DNA of 64,000 bases. Origin: Azolla caroliniana (taxonomy: Eukaryota; Plantae; Polypodiophyta). The translations under genes and the position numbers were made by a program. The stretch is taken from positions 2,790,001 through 2,854,000 of the forward strand of contig JBHGNT010000004.1 of the NCBI GenBank assembly GCA_043228905.1, given 5' to 3'. Each line of letters opens with the position of its first letter. Position 1 is the stretch's first letter. A model generated the notes under the pieces. That model was given only the letters and a program-made list of their open reading frames with translations. It had not been told where the DNA came from and did no database searches. Below, in pieces: positions 37,001 to 50,239 of this stretch.

Positions 37001-38331
37001 TCTATTATCGTCTTCGGGGGTCAAATATGACCTATGAGACCAAAATATTACATTTCACGATTGTAACATTCATTGGTAAAGTTCTTGAATATCGAGAGTC
37101 GCTACTCACTTTCACATGTATCACATTGTGGTTGTGAGAGAAATTCGTGCAAGGATTAGGCTTGGTCAAAGATGTGTGGAAAGCATGGTCGAATTGATCA
37201 AAGGCAGAGCATTGTATCCAAGGGTGATACTCAGACTCTCGAACTTGTTTAGGGCAAAGTGTGAATAGTTGACCACTCTCATCACTTGAGCCTCAAAGCT
37301 TTGTCTCATATCAAAATGCATGGAAGCAATCGTTCAAGTAGAAAATAATGGAATGGGCTCTAACGTTGTCGTGAAGATTTTCGGCAACGGTGTGAAAATC
37401 ACGTGGAACGAGGAAAGTCGAGAAGGTGCAATATGCACATGTAGGGAAGGGGTGATGGTTAATGTGCACGTGTGATGTGTGTTTAGGTGTTCATTACACA
37501 AATATATATAATAAGCCTAACGCATAAAATGAGGTACAAGTAAGGTTTGAACCTTACACCTCTAAGATAGGAGGCAATTGACATACCATTAGACTAGGTT
37601 ATTTTGTTTAAAACTTGTTTTCTTCATTATACTTTGTACACGAATTGTTGGTACATGAGAGCTTGCATGAGGTACATGGTCATCATGCATTGCATGTGAT
37701 GCATGATTGCCATTTGGCTCTCATGGATCACATGCATTTCATGCATTGTATGCATGTACTACACCCTCACGTGCACATATGCATGGGGGCATCTATATAA
37801 GAAGGAGAGGAAGGGAAAGAAAATCAGACAATGTATGCAATCAATAATAATTAATAAGTTCTAGTTATCTCGTTGGCAAGGTGTCTTCTATCTCAATTTT
37901 GAAGTCAAAGGTTCAAACCGAGAATAGGAATTCCCACTTGTATCTATCTATCAATTTATCTTTAATACTTCTCACTTGCGCTAGTCCTTCCGTTGTTTCA
38001 ATGCATGCGCAATCCCGAGATGCCGCCCGAACGTGTGGTGAAAGGGACCCCATGGACCGTGAACCCGCCTGTCTCTGCCTCGCACTCAGGTGTTATGGTA
38101 TAGCCCTCTTGTTGGAGAGAGAGCTCGATACCATCTGGATCATACACAATCAGTGTCCGATTACACGAGGAATGCAGAGCCTCCGTTAAACTACCTCCGC
38201 TCGAGCCCGATGCATCTGTGCCGCTATACCGACCTAATGCATATGTGAAGGAATATGTGAAGAGTTCATAGGGCACATTCTTTTGTTGTTCATCTAAATC
38301 TGCATAGAAAACCACCCCTCCAGGCTCCACC

Positions 38332-38720
38332 CTGCATTTGTTTCTTAACTTGTAGAAACTTTGTAAGAAAATGTTTTTGGTCATTTTCAAACTCTTTCCA
38401 AGTAGATTTGAAGATGTTACCACCCTATACTTCCACCCCCTATAGAGAAGCACCAGTGTCACCAAAGTGTCGAAAAGGTATTTCTTGAGGACGCAACACT
38501 TAATATCTCCATGATTGCATGTGTTCTCAAATGCATAATATGCTCGTTTTCCCGCCTTTAAGAGGCATGTAGCACAATCATTCCATCTATGATTTGAAGG
38601 AACTTCAAGGCCAATATATTTGAAGTTTTCCACACATTCAAGTGTCTCATTATTGTACATAATGCATGGTTTATCTTTTTTTGGGCTCTTCACAAGCATA
38701 ATCTTTGTTTTAGAGATTTC
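38332..38720 (-). mobile_element. RTE-like LINE fragment (region just after the RT core)
   Basis: YNNETLECVENFKYIGLEV..KAGKRAYYAFEN..LKKYLFDTLV..LLY, followed by a frameshift. Confidence 0.75.
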
Positions 38721-38736
38721 ACACTAAAGTCACCAT

Positions 38737-38815
38737 ATGGTTGTAGCTTAGTTGGTAAAGTTGTTCGGCAGAGGCAACAAGGTCATGTATTCAACCACTA
38801 CATTCCACAATTAAA
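38737..38815 (+). mobile_element. tRNA-derived SINE-like element
   Basis: A-box TAGCTTAGTTGG, degenerate B-box, tail ctacattccaca. A related deleted copy lies at 42930-42985 on the minus strand. Confidence 0.55.
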
Positions 38816-39651
38816 GGAAAAAAAGAGAGGTGTGGTAGTTGAGCCTTTAACCTAAGGCTTAGACTTGGTAGTCTAACAATTTATCACTAAGGTAAGGTAC
38901 TTACGCAAAGAGAGCATATCCCACCCATTTAACAGTGACAAAACTCAACTATAGTGCCGTTGTAGTGTTTTTCACGGACAATTATTAATATAAGTGTGTG
39001 TTTTCACCAAGAGAGAGATTTTGCTCACAAAGCTAAAGCGTTACATGGAGTACCACAAATACATAAGTAGAAAGGAAATTTGATTTTGAAGCTATGACAA
39101 TTAAGCTCTTACAATATCTTAGAATGTTTACCATGCCATATATCCTCATTATTATAGGGATAGCATGAGTTTATTTGTATTGTCAAGTTGTTTATATGTA
39201 TATTATATATATATATACAACTTTAATTAGGCGGAGAGATAATGCAATTTGTATTTGCAGGAAAAAAAGAATGCATTTTGTAATATGGTTCCCTAGTCCC
39301 CTCCTTATTCTTCTTGGGGTTCCAATGGGATTATGGGAGTGGTAAGAGATGTTTGGTAGCACTTGGTAGCACATGGGAACTGGAAATTCGAAAGTGAAGG
39401 TAGACCCCCCCCCCCCCCCCCCTCCATTGCTCCTTAAAGAAGGAAGATGAGTTTAACCAAAAGACAAAAGGGGAATCGTGAAGATGTGGGTGTGGGTGTG
39501 CTTTTGTTTATTTAATTGAAACTAGCACAAATATATATTGAGAATTATCACCACGCAAGTTAGATAATGATGGAGGAGTGTTGATGAATGATGTAGAGGA
39601 ACTCTCTTGGATTTTGGAACACAAAGCATTTATAGGTTATGATGTATGATG

Positions 39652-39674
39652 GGTGTTGTTGTTGTTGTTGTTGT

Positions 39675-39707
<33 letters not shown>
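39652..39707. repeat. (GTT)n(GAT)n microsatellite
   Basis: Direct reading. Confidence 0.95.
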
Positions 39708-39918
39708 CGTAGAGGCTCATGAGAATCCCCATATAGATTACTAAACTTATGTAGTGGGGTTAGGCATAATAATGTGTCCCACATGTTGTGTTTTGCTTGG
39801 TGGGAAAGTAGCTTTAATCAAAAGAGAAAAAATGATAAGAGGAAAGGGTACATTATAAAGAAAAAAAATGAAGTTACTCCATTCATTTGAATTCATTCAT
39901 ACACCATTTTAATCCCTC

Positions 39919-39962
<44 letters not shown>

Positions 39963-39968
39963 GCCACG

Positions 39969-42749
39969 ATGGAAGGCATAACTGCAATTGGTTGGGCAGC
40001 CAAAGATAAATCTGGCACTCTTGAAAAATTCAAGTTCAAGCTCAGGTTTGTCTCCATCTATCTCTCACTTTTCATGAAAATTTATAAAAAAAACCTATTG
40101 AACCCAACCCCTCACCAACATTTTAACATTAAGATAAGGCTTCTAGTTAATCCCATTAATTGCACTCTAAGCTCTAAGGTAATGTTACGATGCATTCACA
40201 AGAGAGTGAGGAGAGATATCATGTAGTTTCAATATAAACACTAGTCTGACATACAATTTGAAGAGAGAGAGGAGGATGACATTGTTAATGTATATTATTT
40301 TTAGCAATGGTTTCGTGCCTAAATAGAGAGAAATGGTTAGTGTGTCCAACGTGGAGAATTTGTGTTAGGTTGGTGCATGGGTTGAAAGAGATATAGCCCT
40401 ATTAGTAACATTGGTCGATGGAGATTGCAAAATCATGCATTCGACCCCCACATTCCATAATAATATTTACTAATTTAGTTTGGTTAGATTTGTGTGTGTG
40501 TGTGTGTGTGTGTCTCAAATGAAAATGTAGCAATTGATATCCCTTGGTAAGGTTTTTCTATTGGAAACTAAAAAGTCATGGCAACATGCAGCGCAATTGA
40601 TCAAGTTGTGCGTCACAACCTCAAAGGTTATGTTGCGACTCAAATCTCATGTCTTTCGGTCCCTACCTTTTGCATTGCATCAAGTAATTTTTTAAAAAAA
40701 ATTTAAAAGAAAGATACACTTAGTATATTACTTGAGAAATGTACATAGAGAAAACATAAGGAGACATTTCATCTCACTTCTATTGTGATACAAAGGCCAA
40801 TACTAACATATGATCAAACAGATGATATCATATAAGAAACAGGTGGAGCAAAAACTAGGAGTTATGCAATTGCATCAAGTAAATTAGTGTAATGGGTCCC
40901 GTGTTCAACACCTACATTATTTATGGAGTCTAATAAATTAGTGTAATTAGTGAGGTTTTGAATCTATGTGTATGGGTGAATAAAAATATACCATACAAGA
41001 CTCTCAAAACAATATATCCTTGCCATGTGGTGTTGAGGAGTGGCTTTTGTCTTAATGGCTTCCGTATTACAATAAATCACAAGAGACTTTACTAAAGTGT
41101 TTATAAGAACAAGGGTTGCACCTAGCGATAGAGGTAAGGATAGAATGACACACTTGCCCCAATATTTGCGATAGGATGGGGCAAGTGACGCTTTGATACT
41201 AAAACACAAACATCAATCAATCAAGCATTGAAATTTGGAATAATTGGAAGTAATGTTGCATGATCTACAACTTGAGGTTATTACCCTCTTCCGATGCTTC
41301 CCTCTATTGTCTAGTATCTCTTGCTTATGACCCTAGACTACTTGAAATTCTTTTTTCCCAATATTATTGTCTGAAGTGTGCTAAAAAAAGCCCTTTGTCA
41401 ATTTCATTATTAAGAAATATAGAATTCAATGGCAAATTAGAGTTCTTCACATACATTTCTCAATGTTATGTTGCAATTGATAAGTGCAATGTGTGTAAAC
41501 ATAGGTTTCAAAGGTAGCAAAGTGAAAATGGGAGAGAGTTAACAAGGAAGGAATGGGGATGGACAAGCAAGTCTACAAATGTGAATTTGCAAAGTGTGTC
41601 CATATTGGGTGAGAGTGGAGGAGAAATAATGAGGAGGGAAGGGAGAGAACGTGCGGAGGGAAAGAGTGTCAAAATGTGAAAGGAAGAAAAAGACAAATTG
41701 GGAGAGAAATTCATAGAGGAAAGTATCATCATTGCATTGAGACCACTAACATATAACTTTTTTTAAGATGTGACGTAAAAGTATTTTGATGATATTATTA
41801 TCATATGCCCGATTAGTGGGGTAAACCTCTATCAATCTTGGGTGATTCACTAGAGTAATCATTGATTCTCCAAAAAGGAGAAATGGGTAGGTTCCTTAAA
41901 GATGATCATCAATTGAAATCATGCTTCCTAACAAGGTTTCACTCCACATCATCCCATGGATTCTAGGCCAAATTGTATCGTTGAAGTAATACAAATAAAT
42001 TGTTGCTTTACCAACCACAAAATCTACGTGACACATTTTGCTATAAATCAAATGTGAGTGGAATGTTAAAACCAACTAAAGTCTGAATATCATGGTTTAA
42101 CATTCTTGCTTTGTACCTCGAAAAATAAGGCCAAGTTGGGTATATTGAACCTTAATTATCCATCCAATACCTTGCATATTATCTTTTAGTTGCAAGTTGG
42201 GTATGAGCTCACGCATTTACTGTAGCTAGACGAGAAATATGACCACAAAGCCTTTCTTGGATGGGAAGTTGTCTTATGTTGCCAACTCTAATCCAACACA
42301 CCCTAAGGGAAATGCAAAACTTCTCGCCTTGTATTTTATTTTCTCTCTCTCATGTGTCTATTAAAACTATCAATAAAAAAAGGCATGTCATCTCTTTCTC
42401 CCTATAACGTTTCTACCAAGGAACCAAAAAGACACTTCAAAGTTCATTCTTCTTCCTCAACCTAATGTGGAGGGGTTTTTCTAAAAATGTTGAACTTCAA
42501 ACTAAATTGCCTAACCAATCTTTGCCGCATTTATATTATCAAGCTATTTTTATGCAATGTCCATTTCCAAAATTATTTTTTTCTCACACACATCTAGATT
42601 TTTTGGCCTTAAATTTTCCCTTTGTGCCAAATGCAGATCAATTGGACCTGATGACCTTCTTATCAAGGTGCTTTTCTGTGGCATTTGTCACACTGACCTT
42701 CATCAACTTCGTGACGATTACGGAATGTCCCACTACCCCATGATTGCAG

Positions 42750-42812
<63 letters not shown>

Positions 42813-42987
42813 GTAATTACCTTACGCTAGTGGTAAGTTGTTAACATTACAAGCACTACGTTCTGGGTTCGAAACCCAACTTTCTCACCTCTCTATTATA
42901 TACTTCTTATATATCTCTTAATTCACCAGATGCCACTGTGGAATGTAGGGGTTCAACCCATGACCAACTGAGCTACATCCATCTGGG

Positions 42988-43034
<47 letters not shown>

Positions 43035-43319
43035 GTAAAAGCACACAATTATATAATTGTATGTAAAATCCACTTGTTACAAGACTTCGTAGACTCCTCT
43101 ACCTACCTATCCTATGTAGGGAGAGGGATCTCTTGTAACACCATTAGAAAACCTGAATATGCATTTGAGGGAATGGATCCCCACATGCTCTAACATCAAG
43201 AAATTCCAAATAATAATACCTTTCAACTTCATCATATAGGATTTGATCCCATGTTTAGTATCAAACATGAAAGCATTACGCATATATCCAATTGTGTTGC
43301 AATTCCCAATATCGTAAAA

Positions 43320-43350
<31 letters not shown>

Positions 43351-46300
43351 AACTAAAATTATCATAATTGAAAACAATGGTTTGTTGTGGGTTAATATGT
43401 TATTGGATACATGAGCTAAAAATGTATGTTTCCCTTTGTTGAATCATGTAGACATGAAGTTACAGGTTTGGTGAGTGGGATAGGGGAGAACTTGAAAGAC
43501 ACATTTAGAGAAGGAGATCGAGTGGGAGTGGGTTGCATTGTGGGCTCATGTGGGCATTGTAATGCGTGTGGACAAAGCATGGAACAATATTGTAACCAAA
43601 GGAAATGGACTTATAATGATATTTATTATGATGGGCATCCAACACAAGGGGGATTCGCAAATTACATGGTTGCCAACCATAGGTAAGGTATTTAGAATAT
43701 TTGATTTAACAGGTTACACATACATTTCTATTAAATTCTTATATGTATCATTGACTAATATTTATAGATGCTATGATAGTTATCTCTTCACCCTTAGGTC
43801 TAGAAAAGTAAAAAGTTGAATGAGTGTTGTAACTCCGAATATCCAAGGTAGTAGAATATTTCATATGTTTCATGTATGATAGAACTAACTCATATTGATT
43901 AATGTGTCCACACTTTATAAAAACATCTACTAAAATATATTTCTACCTTGAATTAAGGCCACAACAAAGTTTTAGGCATAGTATGTACTATGAACCATAC
44001 ATACCATACTTGCATTCGCATTCCAATATGTTTTGATCATTCGAGTATGGTAACACCATACTTTTGTATTCATTATTTATTATAAGGTAAAACTTTTTTC
44101 AAAGTAAAAAAGTGAGAGAAAAAAAAATTAACGTAAAAAAGAACATAAGTATGTTTTCATAACATACGCATTCGTTTGCAAACGTATGAAAACAAATGTT
44201 CGAATAGAAGAATGTGAATATTACGTTCTATGGTTTTAGACATTAGAGACAAAGATGTAGTTTCATAGGAACATTATTAGAAAATTGATATTAGCTAACT
44301 CATTTTTATCAAAACTCATAATTGGGGTAAGATATTATCTACATGTTATTTCTTGGATAACAATTTTGCTACATTTTATAATAAAAATTCTTTACGCAGG
44401 TTCGTGGTACGCATCCCAGATGGAATGCCAATGGATGAGGCTGCACCATTATTATGTGCAGGCGTCACAGTCTATAGTCCCATGAAGTTTTACGGCATGA
44501 CCACAACACCTACGATGAAGAGGTGTGGTGTGGTGGGCTTAGGTGGTGTAGGACACATGGCTGTCAAGTTTGCTAAAGCCCTTGGTCTCCATGTCACTGT
44601 CATTAGCTCCTCTCCCTCGAAAGAGATTGAAGCTCGAGAAGTCCTAGGTGCGGACAATTTCCTTGTTAGCACTAACCATCAAGCCATGAAGGTAATAATT
44701 GTTGTTACTTATTATACTAGCTTTATAAACTATAATTTTGGATCTTCAAGGAATTTAACTATGACTTTCTTATTAGGGAAAGTGTTACGAGCATAACCAT
44801 AACTTATCTGTGGTAGTTTGTATTGTTGTTTTCTACACACGAGCATAAGTGTGTGAGGATTAATCGTGAATGTAAAGAGGGGAGGATTACTTTTAATCCT
44901 AGGGATTGAGACAACCCTTAAGAGCCAAGTGTGCACTTACCTACAGACCTTGGGGTCTACCTATAAATATTAGGCATAACTATCCTAATTGGGGATTATT
45001 TTGACTATGTCAAGGTTACGACCTTTTTTGTGGTGAACATACACTTGTTGCCGACGCATGCCAATACCATGTACAACTCGAAGCCCATTGTGGTGATATG
45101 GGATGCCATTCAAGGCTTGAGTCCATCTTAATCCCTTCACTTGAGAGAGGTTGGGTGGATCAACACCCTTCTTTCTCTCTCAATCTCTTCATTTTTTTTA
45201 TATGTTTCCTTATTTTTATACTTACATTAGAATGTATCTCTAATAGGAAGAAGGGAAAGAAATGATATTTTCATAGTACGAAGCATAGAATTGATATTAT
45301 TCATTTATTGGGGAAGGATATGTTTTGATATCACCTTGGTCCTTCAGTTTCTCTCTCACAAAGTGTTGTTACACAGAGTAGCATGTTATATAGAAATCAT
45401 ATAGATGTTATTATAGAAATAATATAAAGATAAATAAGAGAAAACTCCCTAGAAAACGTAATGGCAATAAAAAATTGTCCTTCAACCATCATTTATTTGA
45501 CGAGTGAGGTTGGTGGAAACACTTCAATGTATACAAGCCGTATGGTAAGGAAATGTATTATTATGACGTGAACTCATTATACCCTTACATGATGACAAAA
45601 CATATGCGAGGGGTAAAACTTGTATGGAGACTTGTCGTGCAATGATATGGAGCATCTATTTGGCTGCTTTGTGGAAATGAATGGTCTCATACAATTAAAA
45701 TACCATTTCTACCCAATAAAGATAATAACAAAGGAACATATTTCCTACAAGGACGTTTAGAGAAGGTCATTAAGTTTTTGAAAAATCAAAGACATTCGTA
45801 TCAAAGCATTCAAAAAGAAGTGTATCAACTTTCAAGTTGCAAACTCTAGTCCTTTGGAATGTCTTACGAAGTGGGCCAATTTCCAACCATCCTTTGTCCA
45901 AGGAATGTTGTACTGGATGGGAGTGTTGGGATAAAGATGAACAATCCATTGAGTTCTCTCTGACATTGGGATAATCATGTTCATTGTAGTTGTACTATGG
46001 TTATCAAAAGTAAACATAAGTGTATAATGCCTCTAGCTGCTTTAATTCATTTTCATGAAAAGAAGAAGAAGTAAATGTAAGTCCCACAATATCAAACTCT
46101 CAAAGAAATTGCTAATTTAGGGCAATACAAATCGCATATATAACCGTTGAGATGTATTATATGCCTACTCTTAGTCCTTGATCCCATCAAGATTCTAAAT
46201 TCAAGGCACACAATTTAGGCTCTTCATCCACTATCCTTCTTGCTCTACTAAATTGAATGGCAAAAATGGGCTTTGATAATATGCAACATGAAAGAAAACA

Positions 46301-48035
46301 ATCCTGAATTGTTCTAAAAACTACAAAAGGAAGTGGTGAAACATATGTGTGCGAGACCACTACAAAATAGGGGAATTTGTAATTAGAAATGCTGCCCACA
46401 TTGGCACACGAGATAAGTGTTAATTTCTAGCCATAGAATGCAAACTTCCTTTCCATGCTTAATTGACGGCATGATCATCGACACTAGGGTTATTGCTCTT
46501 GCCTATTAGTGCATGTATTATTAGAGTTTCTAGTTTCCTATACTTAAATGGCGAGTAACATAATCGGAGCCTTAGTTCACAACTTGACAATTTGGTAATG
46601 TAACCAAGTTATACTTGTTCCAATGTTAGTTTCTCCTAGAAGAGGATTGCCCTCGAAATTAACAAATACTCATCCAATTGTTAATTTCTATCCACACAAA
46701 AAATGAAATGGGAAATAATAACATATGTTCTTGGCTAGATATCAAAACTCTTTAAACCAAGAGTTTAATCCACATTCACATCATGTAATTATTGAACGAC
46801 ACAACACTTTTCTTTCATTCAAGAATACAAGACTAACACCAAACTTCCTTAACATGGCTTCCATTTACACCTACACTAATGTTGTCTTGAGGCCTTCAAA
46901 TTTAATATAGGACGGATGAGTTCCATATATGTATGTTCAGACATTCATATTAGGGTTAAATTGATGAGTTAATATCATCATTGACTCTATATGCCACTTG
47001 ATACTATTATCATTGTTTTTTTTTTTTTTTTTTCCAAAAAAGAATATACTCCATTAGTTAAAATATACATGAACACGATCCCTTTCTCAGGTAGGCCGTG
47101 CCAAGATTATCCTAGCCTACACACGAGAGATCTCACTTATTTATCTTACACTTTTACATATGACTCAAGCCATCCTTACAGATACACACGTGAAAGACAT
47201 GGCAAGTGGGATACTATTATCATTGTTGCGAACCTCCCTAATAATAAATTAGTGAGAGAAAAAGAGGGGTTCATGTGTCCAGGATATAATATGGGATCTC
47301 CACTAAGGAAATGTATTGCTTTTTAACAAGTTTTTAAGATAAACAAATAATTTTCCCGTTGGAAATATATGAACCACCATGGCATGCCAAAAACATTGGT
47401 ATGATTAGGGCTTCAAGTGTCCAATATTGTGAGATACCTTATTTTGACATTAATAACAAGTACATGGCAATCTACTCAATATATACTATTTAATTTGAAC
47501 TTCATATTTGTAAAGATCTTGCTTACAAATCCTTTTCTTAAATTTTTGTTTCTTTACATATTGAGGATCATACGTGTGCCCTTTTTGTAGGATGTGGAGC
47601 AAACGCTTGATTATATCTTGGATACAATCCCAAGTGCACATCCTCTTGAGCCATACTTATCTCTCTTGGGATTAAATGGCCAACTAGTGATGTTAGGAGT
47701 TGTTCCAAGTCCCCTACAGTTCATCACATCCATGCTAATTTTGGGTAAATACAATCTTCTTTCTCTAAGTTCTTACTACTTGCTTTTTGTTACCTTCTCT
47801 AATTATACATTTCCGTCATTTAAAATGCTTTCTAGGAAGGAGGAGTATTGGAGGAAGTTTTGTAGGAGGAGTGGAAGAGATGCAAGAAATGTTAAATTTT
47901 GCAGCACATAAAGACATAAAATGCATGATTGAAGTGATACCCATGGACTACATAAACAAGGCTATGGAAAGATTGGAAAAGAACGATGTGCGATATCGAT
48001 TTGTATTGGATGTTGCTAATAGTATAGAATCATGA
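39969..48035 (+). CDS. CAD: Cinnamyl alcohol dehydrogenase (class I-like), join(39969-40045, 42637-42750, 43452-43682, 44400-44691, 47591-47744, 47836-48035), about 355 aa
   Basis: [33 protein letters not shown] zinc ligands, [23 protein letters not shown]-binding motif, [16 protein letters not shown]. All introns are GT-AG and the frame is continuous. Confidence 0.95.
42752..42807. repeat. (CT)n microsatellite abutting the CAD exon 2 donor
   Basis: Direct reading. Confidence 0.95.
42822..42985. mobile_element. Two tRNA-like SINE remnants in CAD intron 2 (plus about 42822-42890; minus about 42930-42985)
   Basis: tagtggtaag...GGTTCGAAACC A/B boxes on the plus strand. The minus strand reads atggatgtagctcagttggtcatgggttgaacccctacattccaca. 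Confidence 0.55.
43977..44232. mobile_element. hAT-like MITE in CAD intron 3
   Basis: TIRs catagtatgtact / attacgttctatg (10/13) flanked by an 8-bp TSD gttttagg / gttttaga. Confidence 0.65.
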
Positions 48036-48044
48036 GATAACATG

Positions 48045-48240
48045 TTGAAAACAAATCCCTAAAGCATAGAAGTTTTCTTATATTATAAATCTTTATGTAT
48101 GTACCTTTCAAATAAAATAATGGTAAACTACCATTGAAAAAGTACCATATTGAAAAACAAATCCCTCCAAGTATAGAAGTAGTCTCATATCATAAATCTT
48201 TATGTACCTTTCAAATAGAATAATAGTAAACGACCATTGC
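48045..48240. repeat. Tandem duplication in the CAD 3' UTR, about 105-bp period
   Basis: ttgaaaa(a)caaatccct...ataaatctttatgta..cctttcaaata..accattg occurs twice. Confidence 0.85.
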
Positions 48241-49000
48241 AATGTCACATGAACTCATATCCCTTTTGCCGTTTTACTCGATGGAAAGCACTCAATGATT
48301 AGATGTTAGCATCCAAATTCGAAACCAACATGAGGTTTCTTTGATAGGGTGCTAGATAAATAAAGTAGAATGCAAAGATGTTACCTACGTATCATTGTAT
48401 TACATTCACTTTGAAACAAAACGAGTAACCACATGACCAATTATTTTCCTCCTCTCCAACAACCAATGTGACATGTTCCTACTCAATACATGCTTGCACA
48501 CACATTCCCTTGAGTTTCCCAAGTTTCGTTGTTCCACACACTTCAAATGCAAAGAAGCAAAACTCATCTATGATGAATACACTGCAATCAAATGTTGAGT
48601 ATAAAATTCTTCCCAATTCTTTTCACATACTCTCTATCACATAGACATCGATTGATGCTCAATTTCTACGATATGCTCTTTATTTTCTTCTCAAAGGCAA
48701 AACACATTTCTAAATTAGTGGTCTTAATAGAGAGAAAATAGTGTTTGTTTGGTCTTCCATTGGTGCGTGATGAGATGATGGGCGTCAAATTTGGATAGCA
48801 TATGGTGGTGAGATATATATTATTGTGTTTCTAAGTTGAACGTGTGGTCCCCTGATCCACGATAACTTTAATTTCCATGTATACCTCATTACTAGCATTG
48901 GAAGAAGGCAAATGATTTCCATTTCTCACCCATTTAATGAACTAATAAATCGCAACATTAGTTCATCATATGAGGGGGTTTTGTGCTATGCCTATCACCT

Positions 49001-49075
49001 GCCATGATCTAGCTCGTGAAGGTAACAGACTTTGAATCTGCTCCAGGTTATCGGTTTGAATCCGATAGCAGGTAC
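49001..49075 (+). pseudogene. Degenerate tRNA-like sequence (anticodon loop reads TTG)
   Basis: caga-ctttgaa-tctg anticodon arm and atcgg-tttgaat-ccgat T-arm. The D-arm and acceptor stem are broken. Confidence 0.45.
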
Positions 49076-50239
49076 GAAAGAGAGTAGGCCCCATCTGAAC
49101 CTGAAAAGAGCGGGAAGCTAGCCCTTCTTTTCTTTGGACATGCTAGTAAGTGGAGTCTCAAACTAGTTGCCACTTGCAAAGCATGGAAAGAGATCATATT
49201 TGAGTTTGACAAAATCAATACCCCGTAATCGTTTTTCATGATTCTTCAATAACACTAATCAATCCTACGGAACCCATGGAATAGGTCAGGGATATCAAGA
49301 GACCCACGAAGGAAAAAGAAAAGTTAATAGAAGAATCAAAGTATGGGATCGTCATCGAACTGATCATCCATGGGGTGTGGGCAAGTGATTTTGATCCCAT
49401 CAAAGTTTCAATCCTGCCATCAAAGATCCTACTCCATGCAGGAAACCTTGCTGCATTTTTTCACAAAAAAGAGTCATAAACAGTATTAGTTTTTTGGTTT
49501 CAGAGCTCTTATGTCAGACCCATTGGCCTTATATTCCTCTCGGTGGATCTTACAATTTATACTATGACGATATATTGCATATAGCAATAGATCACTTGAC
49601 GATGTGCACTGGAGGTGCCTAGATCCACTATAACTTTCACAAATAATCATAGCTGCTTCAATAGCACACAAACCTTATTTCTCACCCATTTCGTGAACTA
49701 ATATATCATAAGTTTCTTATCATGTAAATAATGTTTATCCACTTTTATTCTATTCTTAGTGTAACAAAGTTTTCGAATACACCCAATATGTTTTCATGGG
49801 TATTGATATTGATATCAAATTAGATTAAATTAAAGTTTTCCAATCAGAACCAAAAATAATAAATTTTTCAGTAATTTTATTCCATAATACATATACCTTG
49901 CTTTTAACATCACCATTTGCAGACCTCACCCCTATCAGCTTACGGAGAAGCAGTACATAATCCATCAATTAATGATGAACTGTAATACTGGCTCTAATAC
50001 ATTGGCAATAGAACCCTGTGTGCCCTTCTGCTCGAGCATAATTTATGGCTATTGAATTCCTCAATATGCACATTACATTTCCATATACAATTAGTTTGGC
50101 TACATCATCATTGCCTATGGTTTAGCTTAGGGTAGTTGTACACAAGCCTTCTTTGAGTCTAAAAGAAAAAAAACAGTATACAAGATTTGTAAAAAATGTT
50201 CAAAGGCTTTTTTATTTATTGAATACCAGAAAAAACCAC

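Noticed and set aside
39560-39784. Poly-His/Gln ORF
   Set aside because: Product of the (GAT)n(GTT)n microsatellite upstream of CAD.
49001-49075. Functional tRNA-Gln gene
   Set aside because: The acceptor stem and D-arm are disrupted and the T-loop is mutated.
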